Shown here: positions 1-12,468 of the stretch, piece after piece
How positions within the stretch are numbered: the first letter of the stretch is position 1
Layout of the letters: each line of letters starts with the position of its first letter
NCBI GenBank assembly: GCA_009914755.4
Contig: CP086569.2
Location: 16,032,001 to 16,096,000, forward strand
Direction: 5' to 3'
Length of the DNA: 64,000 bases
Origin: the human T2T-CHM13v2.0 reference genome, Homo sapiens
Notes under the pieces: model-generated
The model's database searches: none
Seen by the model: the letters and a program-made list of their open reading frames with translations, nothing else
What the model was told of the DNA's origin: nothing
Position numbers and translations under genes: made by a program

Positions 1-660
1 GGGAAAAAAAATCAATTACCAAGCCAAATGCCAGAAACATCATTGCAATGTAGTTGCCTATTATGTATGTAAAAATTCTATTGAGCAGAAACATGATTTG
101 CTTCCAACGCTGAAAGGAGAAACATAATTTGTTCTCTCTTATGCACAGTTTTGCTTTCTGCAGTTTCTGTTACCAAAAGCACAGTACTATTAAATAATTC
201 CAGAGAAATAGAGAAACCATACTTTCATGACTTTTACTATGGTATTTTAATTATTCTACTATATTATGTATTATTGTTGTTACTCTTTGAATGTGCCTAA
301 TTAACACATTGAACTTCATCATAGGTACATATTCACAGATAAAACATAGTATATACAGGGTTTAGTCCTACCTGTGGTCTCAGGCATCTGCTGGGGTTCT
401 TGGAACATACCCCTTATGGATAATCAGAGACTACTGTAGCATGGGTATGCTAGCAACTCATCAATATTTGTCCCTGCAATGGTTGTTTGTTTTTTTTGTG
501 AGTGAACAGTTATGTCACTAAATGAAATAATTCACCTTGTCTGTGTGAGTCATTTGAAAGATGTAGACATAGATACATATATAGGTAAATCTTATTTCTA
601 ATTAACTCAGTTGGTTACAAATACTCACAGATATCAAATAGACATTCTAAAATTTTCTCC

Positions 661-1150
661 AAGCTGGGCACAGTTGCTCATGCTTATAATCCCAGAACTT
701 TTGTAGGCCATGTTCAAAGGGTTGTTTAAGCCTGGCAGCTCAAGAACAGCCTGAGCAACATAGTGGGACTTCATCTCTACAAAAATAAAAATAAAAAAAA
801 TTAATCAGGCATGGTGGCACATGCCTGTAGTCTCAGATATTTGGGGACCCTAGGTAAGATAATTTGATCCTGGGAGGCCCAGTTTGCAGTGAGCCATGAT
901 CACTGCATCTGAAATTATTCTCACTACTTATACAGGATAAAACTCCTAGCTCTAATTTCTAATTTGCTTGCACACAGAACTACAGGCATGTAAAATTCTA
1001 GGACACAGGCAATGGTTGAGAAAAGAGCTAATATACCATTTTAACATTTTAATGCTTTCAGGCCATAAGCACTGCACTCCAGAGTGAGATGTTATCTCAA
1101 ATAAAATATAATTAAATAAAAATGAAACAAATAATTAAATAAAATTTATT
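661..1150 (+). mobile_element. Alu SINE, interrupted. Body 661-907, 3' end and A-rich tail 1077-1150; a 163-bp foreign segment sits at 908-1076.
   Basis: ggctgggcacag...aatcccag...GCATGGTGGCACATGCCTGTAGTCTCAG...gcagtgagccatgatcactgca, then after the insert ...ctccagagtgagat...tctcaaataaaata A-rich tail. CACTGCA is present on both sides of the insert. Confidence 0.8.
908..1070. repeat. Arm A of an inverted-repeat pair (163 bp)
   Basis: Reverse complement of 1449-1611 aligns over the full 163 bp with ~17 mismatches (~90% identity) and no gaps. Confidence 0.85.
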
Positions 1151-1448
1151 CACTGTGACAAACTAGTTTTTGGAGGCTATCTTTGGTACCATTCTACAGC
1201 TCTACCCAATGACAAGATTTGTTATTCATCTATAGCAATACATTTCTAGATGAAAATCCAAAAATGGAAGCTTTTCACCATGACATTTTTAACACCACCA
1301 AAATCTTACTTCTGCTCTATGCAGCCCATATAATACTAAAATGGCAAATAGTAATTTCCTCTTGGGATTTTTAACACCAGATGTTTTGTCATTTATTCAA
1401 ATAAAAATATGCAATCTATTGTAATGTTTGCAAACAATGAAACAACTT

Positions 1449-1611
1449 GCTTATGGCCTGAAAGCATTAAAATGTTAAAATAGTATATTAGTTATTTTCT
1501 CAAACATGGCCTAAATCCTAGAATTTTATATGCCTGTAGTTCTGTGTGCAAGCAAATTAGAACTTAGGGCTAGGAGTTTTATCCTGTACAATTAGTGAGT
1601 ATAATTTTAGA
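1449..1611. repeat. Arm B of the inverted-repeat pair (163 bp), separated from arm A by a 378-bp spacer
   Basis: gcttatggcctgaaagcattaaaatgttaaaat...ggagttttatcctgtacaattagtgagtataattttaga is the reverse complement of arm A. Confidence 0.85.
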
Positions 1612-1939
1612 TGGCAGCTCTCCTTGAAAACAGGATTCTATGTCCAGAAAATAGAATATGAATGTTTCTTGGTAAAATGCAAAATTAATCACATTCCATC
1701 ATTTATATGAATATCATGAGGCTATTTTCTTTTTCCTTCTGGGATGAGGCAAAAGCATACCTAATAAGTTCAAATCATTTTCTTCCAATATATGATTTGT
1801 TATAATGGCACATAGTTTCTCAAGTGTAAAGATATACTTTTAGAATCTTAATAATGCTAAAATCATCTGATATTTTGTTCTACTGCCACAATAAATGGAA
1901 AATATACTTTTCAAAATACAATTTTATTTGCTTGTTTTG

Positions 1940-1942
<3 letters not shown>

Positions 1943-1984
<42 letters not shown>
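1943..1984. repeat. (TA)n microsatellite
   Basis: About 21 perfect TA units followed by tttatttatat. Confidence 0.95.
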
Positions 1985-1987
<3 letters not shown>

Positions 1988-1994
1988 TTATATG

Positions 1995-2400
1995 AGTTCG
2001 CCAGAGCTACCACAACAAAATGCCACACACTGGGCAGCTTAAACAGTAGAAATATATTTCTCACAGTCCTGGAGGCTGCTAAGTATAAGCTCAATGTGTC
2101 AGAGGATTGGTTCCTACTGAAGTCTCTCTCCTTGGCTTGTGGACACTATCTTCTCCTCATGTCCTCACATGTTTGTCCCTATGTGAGTCTCTGTGTCCTA
2201 CTCTCCTATTCTTATGAGGACACCAGTCTTACTGGATTGGGGTCCATTTTAATGACTTCATTCCAACATAATTATCTCAAAATGTCCTCTCTTCAAACAG
2301 AGTCACATTCTCAGGTAATCGCAGGTTAGAGAACTTAAGTTATAATTTTGGGGACATATAATTGAGCCCATGACATTACTTCAGCAGAGAGATGTGTTGG
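1995..2400 (+). mobile_element. Ancient interspersed repeat. It matches a common mammalian repeat consensus (MER/MaLR-like); I cannot name the family from memory.
   Basis: Motifs ctcacagtcctggaggctg...ccttggcttgtgg...tgtcctcacatg...cttatgaggacaccagtcttactggattggggtcc...acattctcaggt...tggggacatataattgagcccatgaca. A second copy of the same family lies at 35150-35450. Confidence 0.6.
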
Positions 2401-3036
2401 TTGCCTCTTCTCACCTCAGTTCCCATCAGTAAATCACCTTGTTCCTCTACAGAAAAACTGAGCCACCCTAGGCTGATTGGAGCACTTCTAGGATGTATGC
2501 CTCTGGGATGGGAGACAGATACAAACTCCTTAGTGATTAGATCTCCTCCTGTGAGATGAATCAGTTCTTCAGTTGGAAAGAAGTAACAACAAATTAGATT
2601 GACAGTTAAGAATTATGGCATAGAATGGTATGTCTCAAATTCTAATTTGCATAGATATCCCCTGCAGATCTTATTACAAGGCATAACCTCATAAGGTAGC
2701 TCTGGGATGGTTCTGCATTTTTAACAAGCTCCCAGGTAAGGCTGATTAGGCTGGTCCAAGGTCTGTACCTGTCATAACACAAAAACACAGCTATGTATCG
2801 TGAGCATTGCGGTTTTTGGAGGTTTGAAGTCAGTCTGACCAGCAAACTCTCCGTACTTGCCCAAAGGTTCCGGTTTAATTTGTTTTGCAGTAGGTTGCAG
2901 AATTGCATCTATCAAGAGTAATGGGTTCAGCCCAAGAGCTGCTACTTCTGTGGAGCCTTTGCAAGTTACTCAACTTTTATTGCCTAACATTCATCATCTG
3001 TGATGTGGAGTGATTACTAAAAATGTTCACCTGCAG

Positions 3037-3318
3037 TCAGGCACAGTGGCTCACACATGTAATGTCAGCATTTGGGGAGGATTGCTTGAGGCCAGGAATT
3101 CAAGACTAGCCTGGTCAACAGAGTGCAACGCTGTCTGTACAACAATTTAAAAAAGTAGCCAGGTGTGGTGGCACATGCCTATAGTCTCAGTCCCAGCTAC
3201 TCAGGAGGCTGAGGTGAGAGGATTACTTGAGTGAAGGAGTTCTAAGCTGCAGTGAGCCATGATTGCACCAGTGCTCTCCTGCCTGAACAACAGAATGAGA
3301 CTCTATCTCATAAAAAAA
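3037..3318 (+). mobile_element. Alu SINE (full dimer with poly-A)
   Basis: ggcacagtggctcacacatgtaatgtcagcatttgggga...agccaggtgtggtggcacatgcctatagtc...gcagtgagccatgattgcacc...ctctatctcataaaaaaa. Confidence 0.9.
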
Positions 3319-4289
3319 TACTCACCTCAAAGCTCTGATGCAAATTATTTACCACAATATTTGCAGTTTTTAAAAAATCCTGATATATACAGTCACTAAT
3401 AACTATTTGCTTAACTATTCCTGAAGAATTTTTATTTCTTGCTATTGTTTTCACATTTCTTTGAATGGCAAAATGATCTGAATAATATTTATAATAAAAT
3501 CTAAGTTGTGATTTAGAACCTTAAGTATGGTTATAAGAAATACTTTATATAATGCACCATAATAAGATCTACAGTAACTACATGATGACTTACACTGAAA
3601 TTGAAAACAAGAAATCATTTAAATATCTATTTTATCATTCTTTGCACAATTCTTTGCATGTTTTAGGTTTTCTATAACATGAGTAATTGAATGGAGCCTG
3701 TTCTTCAGTTTATAGTTTAAAACATATGACTTTTTGCAAATTACTAAGTGCCCTCCCCCTACAACTTACAGTGGACCAACTTACAATTTTATAGCTTTAC
3801 AGTGGTGAAAAATCTACACTCAGTAGAAATGACACTTCAAGTCATGTCCTCATGTAATAACATTGTTTTTCACTTTTGTTTCAAGATTCAATAAATTACA
3901 AGAGATATGCAACACTTTACTACAAAGCAAGCTTTGCATTTGATGATTTTGCCCAACAATAGGCAAATGTAAATGTTCCAAGAACATTTAAGGTAGGCAG
4001 GGGCAGAACTATGATGTTTGGTAGGTTAGATGTATTTAATGTATCCTCAGCTTACAATGTTTTCAGTATACAATATGTTTCTGGGGATGTAAACTCATCA
4101 TAATTCAAGAAGCATCTTGCATACACTCTCAGAAACTTAAAATACATACTTGATACACACAAATAACTAATTAATAATAAGAAATAGGCCATTTTAGTAT
4201 AAGTAAAATAAGATGCTGTAATATTGAAAATTCTAGGCTACATATAGTGTCTGAAACATTACTTAAGTTACTTTGGTGATTGAGCAAAC

Positions 4290-4571
4290 TTTGGTACACC
4301 CATACCAGGGGATCTACTTAGCAAGAAAAAAAAGGAATAAACTATTGATACATGCAACAACATGTCTGGATCTCCAAGGATGTGTAAAAAGCTGGTCTTC
4401 CAAAGATACATCTTCAGCAACTTCATTTAGGTAACATTTTTGAAATGACAGAAGTATAGAAATGAATAACAAATTGGTGGTTGCTGGAGCTTAAGGCAAA
4501 AGTTCGTGGTAGAAGGAAAGTGGGCATGGTTATAAAAGATCAACATAGGAGATGCTTTTGTGAATGGAATT
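4290..4571 (+). mobile_element. Old L1 (L1M-like) 3'-end fragment, cut by the LTR at 4572
   Basis: aaggaataaactattgatacatgcaacaacatg...tggtggttgctggagcttaagg resembles the L1M 3' end (...gtagattagtggttgccaggggctgg...). Confidence 0.4.
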
Positions 4572-4946
4572 TGACATGATTTGTGTCTGTGTCTCCATCC
4601 AAATCCAAAGTTGAATTGTAATTCCCAATGTTGGGGGAGGGACCTAGTGGGAGACGATTGGATCATGGAGATGGATATCCCCCTTGTTATTCTTGCGATA
4701 GTGAGTGAGTTGTCATGAGATCTTGTTGTTTAAAAGTGTGTGGCACTTCCTCTTATGCTCTGTTTCTCCTGCTGACGTGATTTTCTCATTTCGCCTTTGC
4801 CTTCCGCCTTGATTGTAAGTTTACTGAGGCCTCCCAGCCATGCTTGCTGTACAGACCGCAGAACTGTGAGTCAATTAAACATCTTTTCTTCATAAATTAC
4901 CCAGTCTCAGACAGTTCTTTATAGCAGTGTAAGAATGGAATAATAC
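4572..4946 (+). mobile_element. MaLR LTR (THE1/MST-type solo LTR)
   Basis: tgacatgatttgtgtctgtgtctccatccaaatccaaagttgaattgtaattcccaatgttggggg...ataaattacccagtctcagacagttctttatagcagtgtaagaatgg matches the THE1/MST consensus from end to end. Confidence 0.85.
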
Positions 4947-5054
4947 AGAATTGTTCTGTATAGTGGCCATCTCAAGAATAATATCCTGGTGGTGAAATTA
5001 TACTTCAGTTATGCAAGACATTACACATTGGAGAAAACTGTTCAATAGAATCTC

Positions 5055-5130
5055 TATCATATTTTAAATATGATATCATAAATATCATATATTTAAATAT
5101 GATATCATATTTAAATATCATATTTTAAAT
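5055..5130. repeat. AT-rich palindromic tandem repeat
   Basis: atcatattttaaatatgat / atatcatatttaaatatgatat / atcatattttaaatag: nested perfect palindromes, period about 20 bp. Confidence 0.8.
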
Positions 5131-5617
5131 AGCTGGAATCTCCAGCTATTTCAAAAGTCAAAAAAAGTTTAACTTAAAAACGTTTCAAAACTGCAATAAA
5201 TTGACCACAGGGAAAAATTTATTAACTAAAGTTAATGCAAAATAGAAAAAATATTTATTTTCTTTCAATGTTGCAAAACAATGTCTATTATGAGAAGGCA
5301 TTTTCTTGACTTTAAATGTTTACCAGCTAGAGCTTGGCTGGGTTCCTGTCTCTTAAATAATATGTTGCAGTTCACAAATGGAGACCAAATATTGTTATCT
5401 TCAGGTTACATCTAATCTGTTTTCCACCTATACCTTTTCTTATTATTTAGCTGATGAGATACTAAGCTGTAACTTGTTTCTCCTTTTCTAATTCAATTAT
5501 GTGTACACTTGCAAAGATTTGCTTTGGCATAAAGGAGAGAAATGTAGGTAAGAGTACACTTTCTAACTGTAAAATCAGTTTAAAAAGGATCTTTAAATTC
5601 TCAAGACAGGACATTGA

Positions 5618-5632
5618 GAGATGAAACCCTGT

Positions 5633-5675
<43 letters not shown>

Positions 5676-5830
5676 TTAGCTGAGCATGGTGGCATGAACC
5701 TGTAGTCCCTGTTACTAGGGAGTCTGAGGCAGGAGGATCACGTGAGCCCGGGAAGTTGAGGCTGCAGTGAGCCATTATCAAGCCACTGCATTACAGCCTG
5801 GGCAGCAGAGGGAGACCCAGTCTCAAAGAC
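5618..5830 (+). mobile_element. Partial Alu SINE (left-monomer tail plus right monomer). Its A-rich linker has been replaced by an (AC)n microsatellite at 5636-5672.
   Basis: gagatgaaaccctgtctctac + (ac)18 + aaattagctgagcatggtggcatgaacctgtagtccc...gcagtgagccattatcaagccactgcattacagcctggg. Confidence 0.8.
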
Positions 5831-7904
5831 AGAAGGAAGATATTTGATTTTGTCACTTGATAATCTTAAAATCATAGGTCAGAACAGAATGTCAGAAACG
5901 TTCTGCCTACTCAGAATAGTTGTCTTCTCTTTCCCATGGTCTCTCATTTTTAGCTGATACAAAATTGAATAAAATCATGACACCTCAACTCCTTCTAGAA
6001 ATATCATGGTTCAACTGAGGTACCCGGTCCATCTCACTGAGACTGGTTGGACAGTGGCTGTAGCCCATGGAGGGCAAGCAGAAGCAGGGTGGGGTGTCTC
6101 CTGACGTGGGAAGCACAACGGGTTAGGGAATTTCCCTTTCCTAGCCAAGGGAAGCTGTGAATGACCGTACCAGGAGGAAGACTACACTCTGGCCCAAATA
6201 TTGCACTTTTCCCACGGTCTTCTCAACCGGCAGACCAGGAGATGCCCTCCGATGCCTGGCTCAGTGGGTCCCACCTCTACGGAGCCCAGCAAACTACGAT
6301 CCACTAGCTAGAAATTCTCACTGCCAGGACAGCAGTCTGAGGTTGACCTGGGATGCTCGACCTAGTTGGGAGAAGGGGCGTCCTCCACTGGTGAGGGTTG
6401 AGTAGGTGACGTAAACAAATCCTCACAGGGTAAACAAAGCTACTGGGAAGTTCAAACTGGGTAGATCCCACCACAGCTTAGCAAGGCCAGCTGCCTCTCT
6501 AGATTCCACATCTCTGGGCAGGGCATCTCTGAAAAAAGTGCAGAAGCCCCAGTCAGGGACTTATGAATAAAACACCTACCTCCGTGGGACAGAGCACCTG
6601 GGGGAAGGAGTGGCTGAGTGCAGCTTCAGTAGATTAAACATCCCTATCTGCAATCTCTGAAGACAGCAGCATTTCTCCCAGCACAGTGTTGGAGCTCTGA
6701 TAAGGGACAGACTGCCTTCTTAAGTGGCTGGTGATCCCCATGTAGCCTGACTGGGAGACACCTCCAAGTACAGGCTGATAGACATCTCATACAGGAGAGG
6801 CCTGGCTGGCACCTGTCAGGTGCCCCTCTGGGACAAAGCTTGCAGAGGAAGAAAAAGGCAGCAATCTTTGCTGGTCTGCAGACTCCACTGGTCCAGTGAA
6901 CCTCCAGCAAACTCCAGAAGACCTGCAGTAGAGGGGCCTGACTGTTGGAAGAAAAAGTAAGAAACAGAAAGGAATAGTGCTAACGTCCACAAAAAATCAC
7001 GTCCACTTAGAGACCACATCTGAAGATCACCAACATCAAAGACCAAAGATAAATAAGTCTGCAAAGATGGGGAGAAACCAGTGCAAAAAGACTGAAAAGT
7101 CCCAAAACCAGAATGTTTCTTCTCCTCCAAGGGAACAGAACTCCTTTCCAGCATGGGAACAAAACTGGATGGAGAATGAATTGGACGACTGTCAGAAGTA
7201 GGCTTCAGAAAGTGAGTAACAAAAAACTCCTTCCAGATATAGAGGTTGTTTTAACCCATTGCAAGGAAGCTAAGAACCTTAAAAAAAGTTAGATGAATTG
7301 CTAACTAGAATAACCAGTTTAGAGAAGAACATAAATGATCTGATGGAGATGAAAAACAAAGCACAAGAACTTCAAGAAGCATACACAAGTATCAATAGCT
7401 GAATCAATCAAGCAGAAGAGATGACATCAGATATTGAAGATCAACTCAATGAAATAAAGCAAGAAGACAAAATTAGACAAAAAAGAATGAAATCAGATGA
7501 GCAAAACCTCCAAGAAATATGGCAATATGTGAAAAGACCAAACCTACATTTGATTGGTGTACCTGAAGGTGACGAGGAGAATGGAACTAAGTTGCAAAAC
7601 TCTCTTATAGATATTACCCAGGAAAGCTTCCCCAACCCAGCAAGGGAGGCCAACATCAAATTCAGAAAATGCAGAGAACAACAAAAATATATTCCTCAAG
7701 AAGAGCAACCTCAAGACACATAATTGTCAGATTCACCAATGTTGATGGAAATGAAGAAAAAAATTTTAAGGGCAGCCAGAGAGAAAGGTTGGGTTACCCA
7801 CAAAGGGAAGGACATCAGACTACAGTGGTTCTTATGGCAGAAACGCTACAAACCAGAAAAGAGTGGGCAGCCCGCATTCAACATTCTTATAGAAAATAAT
7901 TTTC

Positions 7905-8210
7905 GGCCAGGCGCGGTGGCTCACGCATGTAATCCCAGCACTTTAGGAGGCCGAGATGGGTGGACCACCTGAGATAGGGAGTTCAAGACTTGCCTGGCCA
8001 GCATAGTGAAACCTGTCTCTACTAAAAATACAAAAATCAGCCAGGCGTGGTGGTGTGCACCTTTAATCTCAGCTACTCAGGTGGCTGAGGCAGGAGAATT
8101 GCTTGAACCCTGGAGGCTGCGGTTGCAGTGAGCCAAGATCATGCCATTGCATTCCAGCCTGCATGACAGGACAAGACTTGTCTCGGGAAAAAAAAAAAAA
8201 AAAAAAAAAA
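7905..8210 (+). mobile_element. Alu SINE nested in the L1 ORF1 region, with a 13-bp TSD GAAAATAATTTTC (7892-7904 and 8216-8228)
   Basis: ggccaggcgcggtggctcacgcatgtaatcccagcactttaggaggccgag...(A)23, flanked by perfect 13-bp direct repeats. Confidence 0.93.
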
Positions 8211-8241
8211 GGAATGAAAATAATTTTCAACCCAGAATTTC

Positions 8242-8688
8242 TTTTTTTTATTATTATACTTTAAGTTTTAGGGTACGTGTGCACAAGGTGCAGGTTAGTT
8301 ACATATGTATACATGTGCCATGTTGTTGGGCTGCACCCAGTAACTCATCATTTAATATTAGGTATATCTCCAAGTGCTATCCCTCCCCTCTCCCCCAACC
8401 CCACAGCAGGCCCCAGTGTGTGATGTTCCCCTTCCTGGGTCCATGTGTTCTCATTGTTCAATTCCTACCTGTGAGTGAGAACATGCAGTGTTTGGTTTTT
8501 TGTCCTTGTGATAGTTTGCTGAGAATGATGGTTTCCAGATTCATCCATGTCCCTACAAAGGACATGAACTCATCATTGTTTATGGCTGCATAGTATTCCG
8601 TGGTGTATGTGTGCCACATTTTCTTAATCAAGTCTATTATTGTTGGACATTTGTGTTGGTTCCAAGTCTTTGCTATTGTGAATAGTGT
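8242..8688 (-). mobile_element. Young L1PA 3'-end fragment (about 447 bp), 5'-truncated, nested in the older L1
   Basis: Reverse complement of the L1PA 3' UTR and ORF2 end: tttttttattattatactttaagttttagggtacgtgtgcacaaggtgcaggttagttacatatgtatacatgtgcc...ccaagtctttgctattgtgaatagtg. Confidence 0.9.
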
Positions 8689-11600
8689 CATATCCAGTCA
8701 AATTAAGCTCCATAAGCGAAGGAGAAATAAAATCCTTTCCAACATGCAAATGCTGAGAGATTTTGTCACCAGGCCTGCCTTAAAAGAGCTCTTGAAGGAA
8801 GCACTAAACATGAAAAAGAACAAATGGTACCACCCACTGCAAAAACATACCACGTTGTAAAGACCATCAAGGCTGTGAAGAAACTGCCTCAACTAATGGA
8901 CAAAATAATCAGATAACATTATAATGTCAAGATCAAATTCATACATAACAATATTAACCTTGAATGTAAATAGGCTACATGCCCCAACTAAAAGAGAAAT
9001 CAGATAAAGAGTCAAGAACCATCCGTGTGCTGTATTTAGGTGACCCGTCTCATGTGCAAAGAAACACATAGGTTCACAATAAAAAGATGAAGGAAGATTT
9101 ACCAAACAAACAGAAAGCAATGTAAAACATGGGTTGCAATCCTAGTCTCTGATAAAACAGACTTTAAACCAACAAAGATCAAAAGAGACAAAGAAAAGCA
9201 CCACATAATGGTAAAGGGATCAATGAAACAAGAAGAGCTAACTATCCTAAATATATATGCACCCAATACAGGAGCACCCAAATTCATAAAGCAAGTTCTT
9301 AGAGACCTACAAGGAGCTTGGACTCCCATAAAAGACTTTAACAACCCGCTGTCAATATTAGACACATCAACGCAAAAGAGAATTAAAAAGGATACCAAGG
9401 ACTTGAACTCAGCTCTGGATCAAGCAGACCTAATAAACATCTACAGAAGTCTCCACCAAAAGTCAACAGAATATACATTCTTCTCAGCAACACATCACAC
9501 TTATTCTAAAATGGACCACATAATTCGAAGGAAAACACTCCACAGCAAAGGCAAAATAAATGAATTTATCACAAACTGTCTCTCAGACCACAGTGCAATT
9601 AAAGTAGAACTCAAAGTGAGTCCATCTTGAGATAATTTTTGTATAAGGTGTAAGGAAGGGGATTAAGTAGGATTAAGAAACTCACTCAAAACTGCACGAT
9701 TACATGGAAACTGAACAACCTGATCCTGAATAACTACTGGGTAAATAACAAAATTAAGGCAGAAATAAAGATGTTCTTGGAAATCAATGAGAAAAAAAGA
9801 CCAAATATTCAAGAATCTCTGGGTCACATTTAAAGCAGTATAGAGAGGGAAAATTATAGCACTAAATACCCACAAGAGAAAGCAAGAAAGATCTAAAATC
9901 AACATACTAACATCATGATTAAAAGAACTAGAGAAGCAAGAGCAAACAAATTCAAAAGCTAGCAGAAGACAAGAAGTAAATAAGATCAGAGCAGAACTGA
10001 AGGAGACGGAGACATGAAAAACCCCTCAAAAAATCAAGGAATGCAGGAGCTTGTTTTTTCAAAAAGATCAACCAAATAGACTGCTAGCCAGACTAATAAA
10101 GAAGAAAAGAGAGAAGTATCAAATAGACACAATAAAAAATGATAAAGAGCTATCCCATAGAAATACTAATGCTGAACCCACAGAAATACAAACTACCATC
10201 AGAGAATACTATAAACACGTTTATGCAAATAAACTAGAAAATCTAGAAGAAATGGATAAATTCCTGGACACATATACCCCCCCAAGTCTAAACCAGGAAG
10301 ACGTCAACTCTCTGAATAGACCAATAACAAGTTCTGAAATTGAGATACTAGTTAATACCCTACCAACCAAAAGAAGTCCAGGACCAGAGAGATTAACAGG
10401 TGAATTCTACCAGTGGTACAAAGAGGAGATCCTACTATTTCTTCTGAAACTACTCCAAACAATAGAAAAAGAGTGACTCCTCCCTAACTCATTTTATGAG
10501 GCCAGTATCTTCCTGAAAACAAAACATTGCAGAGACACAACAAAAAAATAAAATTTCAGGCTAATATCCCTGATGAACATCAATACGAATATCCTTAATA
10601 AAATACTGGCGAACCAAATCCAGCAGTTCATCAAAACTCTTATCCAACGTGATCAAGTCAGCTTCATCCCTGGGATGCAAAGCTCGTACAATATATGCAA
10701 GTCAATCAATGTAATCCATCACATAAACAGAACTAATGGCAAAAGCCACATGATTATCTCAATAGATGCAAAAAAAGCCTTCGACGAAATTTAAGGGCCT
10801 TCATGCTGAAAACTCTCAATAAACTAGGTATTGGTGGAACGTATCTAAAAGTAATAAGAGCTATTTATGACAAACCCACAGCCCATATCATACTGAATGA
10901 GCAAAAACTGGAAGCATTCCTTTTGAAAAGTGGCACAAGACAAGGATGCTCTCTCTCACCACTTCTATTCAACACAGCATTGGAAGTTCTGGCCAGGACA
11001 ATCAGGCAAGAGAAAGAAAGAAAGTGTATACTATCAGGAAGAGAGGAGTCAAATTATCTCTGTTCTCAAATGACATGATTGTATATTTAGAAAACCCCAT
11101 CATCTCAGCCCCATTCTCCTTAAGCTGATACACAATTTCAGCAAAGTCTCAGAATACAAAATCAATGTGCAAAAACCACAAGCATTCCTGTACACCGGTA
11201 ACAGACAGTGAGCTAAATCATGAGTCAACTCCCATTCACAATTGCTAAAAGAGAATAAAATACCTAGGAATACAACTTACAAGTGATGTGAAGGACCTCT
11301 TCAAGGAGAACTATAAACCACTGCTAAAGAAAATAAGAGAGGGCACAAGTAAATGGAAAAACTTTCCACACTCATGGATAGAAAGAATACGATGAAATTG
11401 GCCATACTGCCTGAAGTAATTTATAGATTTGATACTATGCCCATCAAGCTATCATTGACTTTCTTCACAAAATTGGAAAAAAAATATGCTTTAAATTTCA
11501 CATGGAACCAAAAAAAGAACCCGGATAGCTAAGACAATCCTAAGCAAAAAGAACAAAGCTGGAGGCATCATGCTACCTGACTTTAACCTGTACTACAATG

Positions 11601-12468
11601 CTACAGTAACCAAAACAGCATGGTACTGGTACCATAACAGATATATAGTCCAATGTAACAGAACAGACGTCTCAGAAATAACACCACACAACTACATCCA
11701 TCTGATTTTTGACAAACCAGACAAAAACAAACCATGGGAAAAGGATTCCCTATTTAATAAATGGTATTGGGAAAAGTGTGTAGCTATATGCAGAAAAGAG
11801 AAACTAGATCCCTTCCTTAAACCTTATACAAAAATTATCTCAAGATGGACTCAAGCCTTAAATATGAGAACTAAAACCATAAAAACCCTAGAAGAAAACC
11901 TAGGCAATAATATTCAGGACATAGACATGGGCAAAGACTTCATGACTAAAACACCAAAAGCAATTGCAATAAAAGCCAAATGGTCAAATGGGATCTAATT
12001 AAACTAGAGAGCTTCTGCACAGCAAAAGAAACTATCATCAGAGTGATCAGGCAAGCTACAGAATGGGAGACAATTTTTGCCATCTATCCATCTGACAAAG
12101 TGCTAATATGCAGAATCTACAAAGAACTTAAACAAATATACAAGAAAAAACAACCCTATCAAAAAGTGGACGAAGGATATGAACAGGCACTTCTCAAAAG
12201 AAAACATGTATGTGTCCAACAAACCTATGAAAAGATGCTCATCATCACTGGACATTAGAGAAATGCAAATCAAAACCACAATGAGATACCATCTCACACC
12301 AGTTAGAATGGCGATCATTAAACAGTCAGGAAACAACAGATGCTGTAGAGGATGTGAAGAAATAAGCACGGTTTTACACTGTTGGTGGGAGCGTAAATTA
12401 GTTCAACCATTGTGAAGACAGTGTGACAATTCCTCAAGGATTTAGGACCAGAAATACCATTTGACCCA

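Noticed and set aside
1895-2329. 144-aa ORF
   Set aside because: It reads through a (TA)n microsatellite (YIYIYIYI...) into an ancient interspersed repeat. It is a translation artefact of repeat sequence, not a gene.
8141-8593. 150-aa ORF
   Set aside because: It spans an Alu poly-A (KKKKKKK) and the reverse-complement L1 3' UTR. It is repeat-derived.
9618-9662. 40-bp patch matching inverted L1 ORF2-3' sequence (gataatttttgtataaggtgtaaggaagg) embedded in the L1 endonuclease region
   Set aside because: It is too short to classify as a separate insertion and has no TSD or poly-A. It is noted only as a possible templated micro-insertion within the composite L1 finding.
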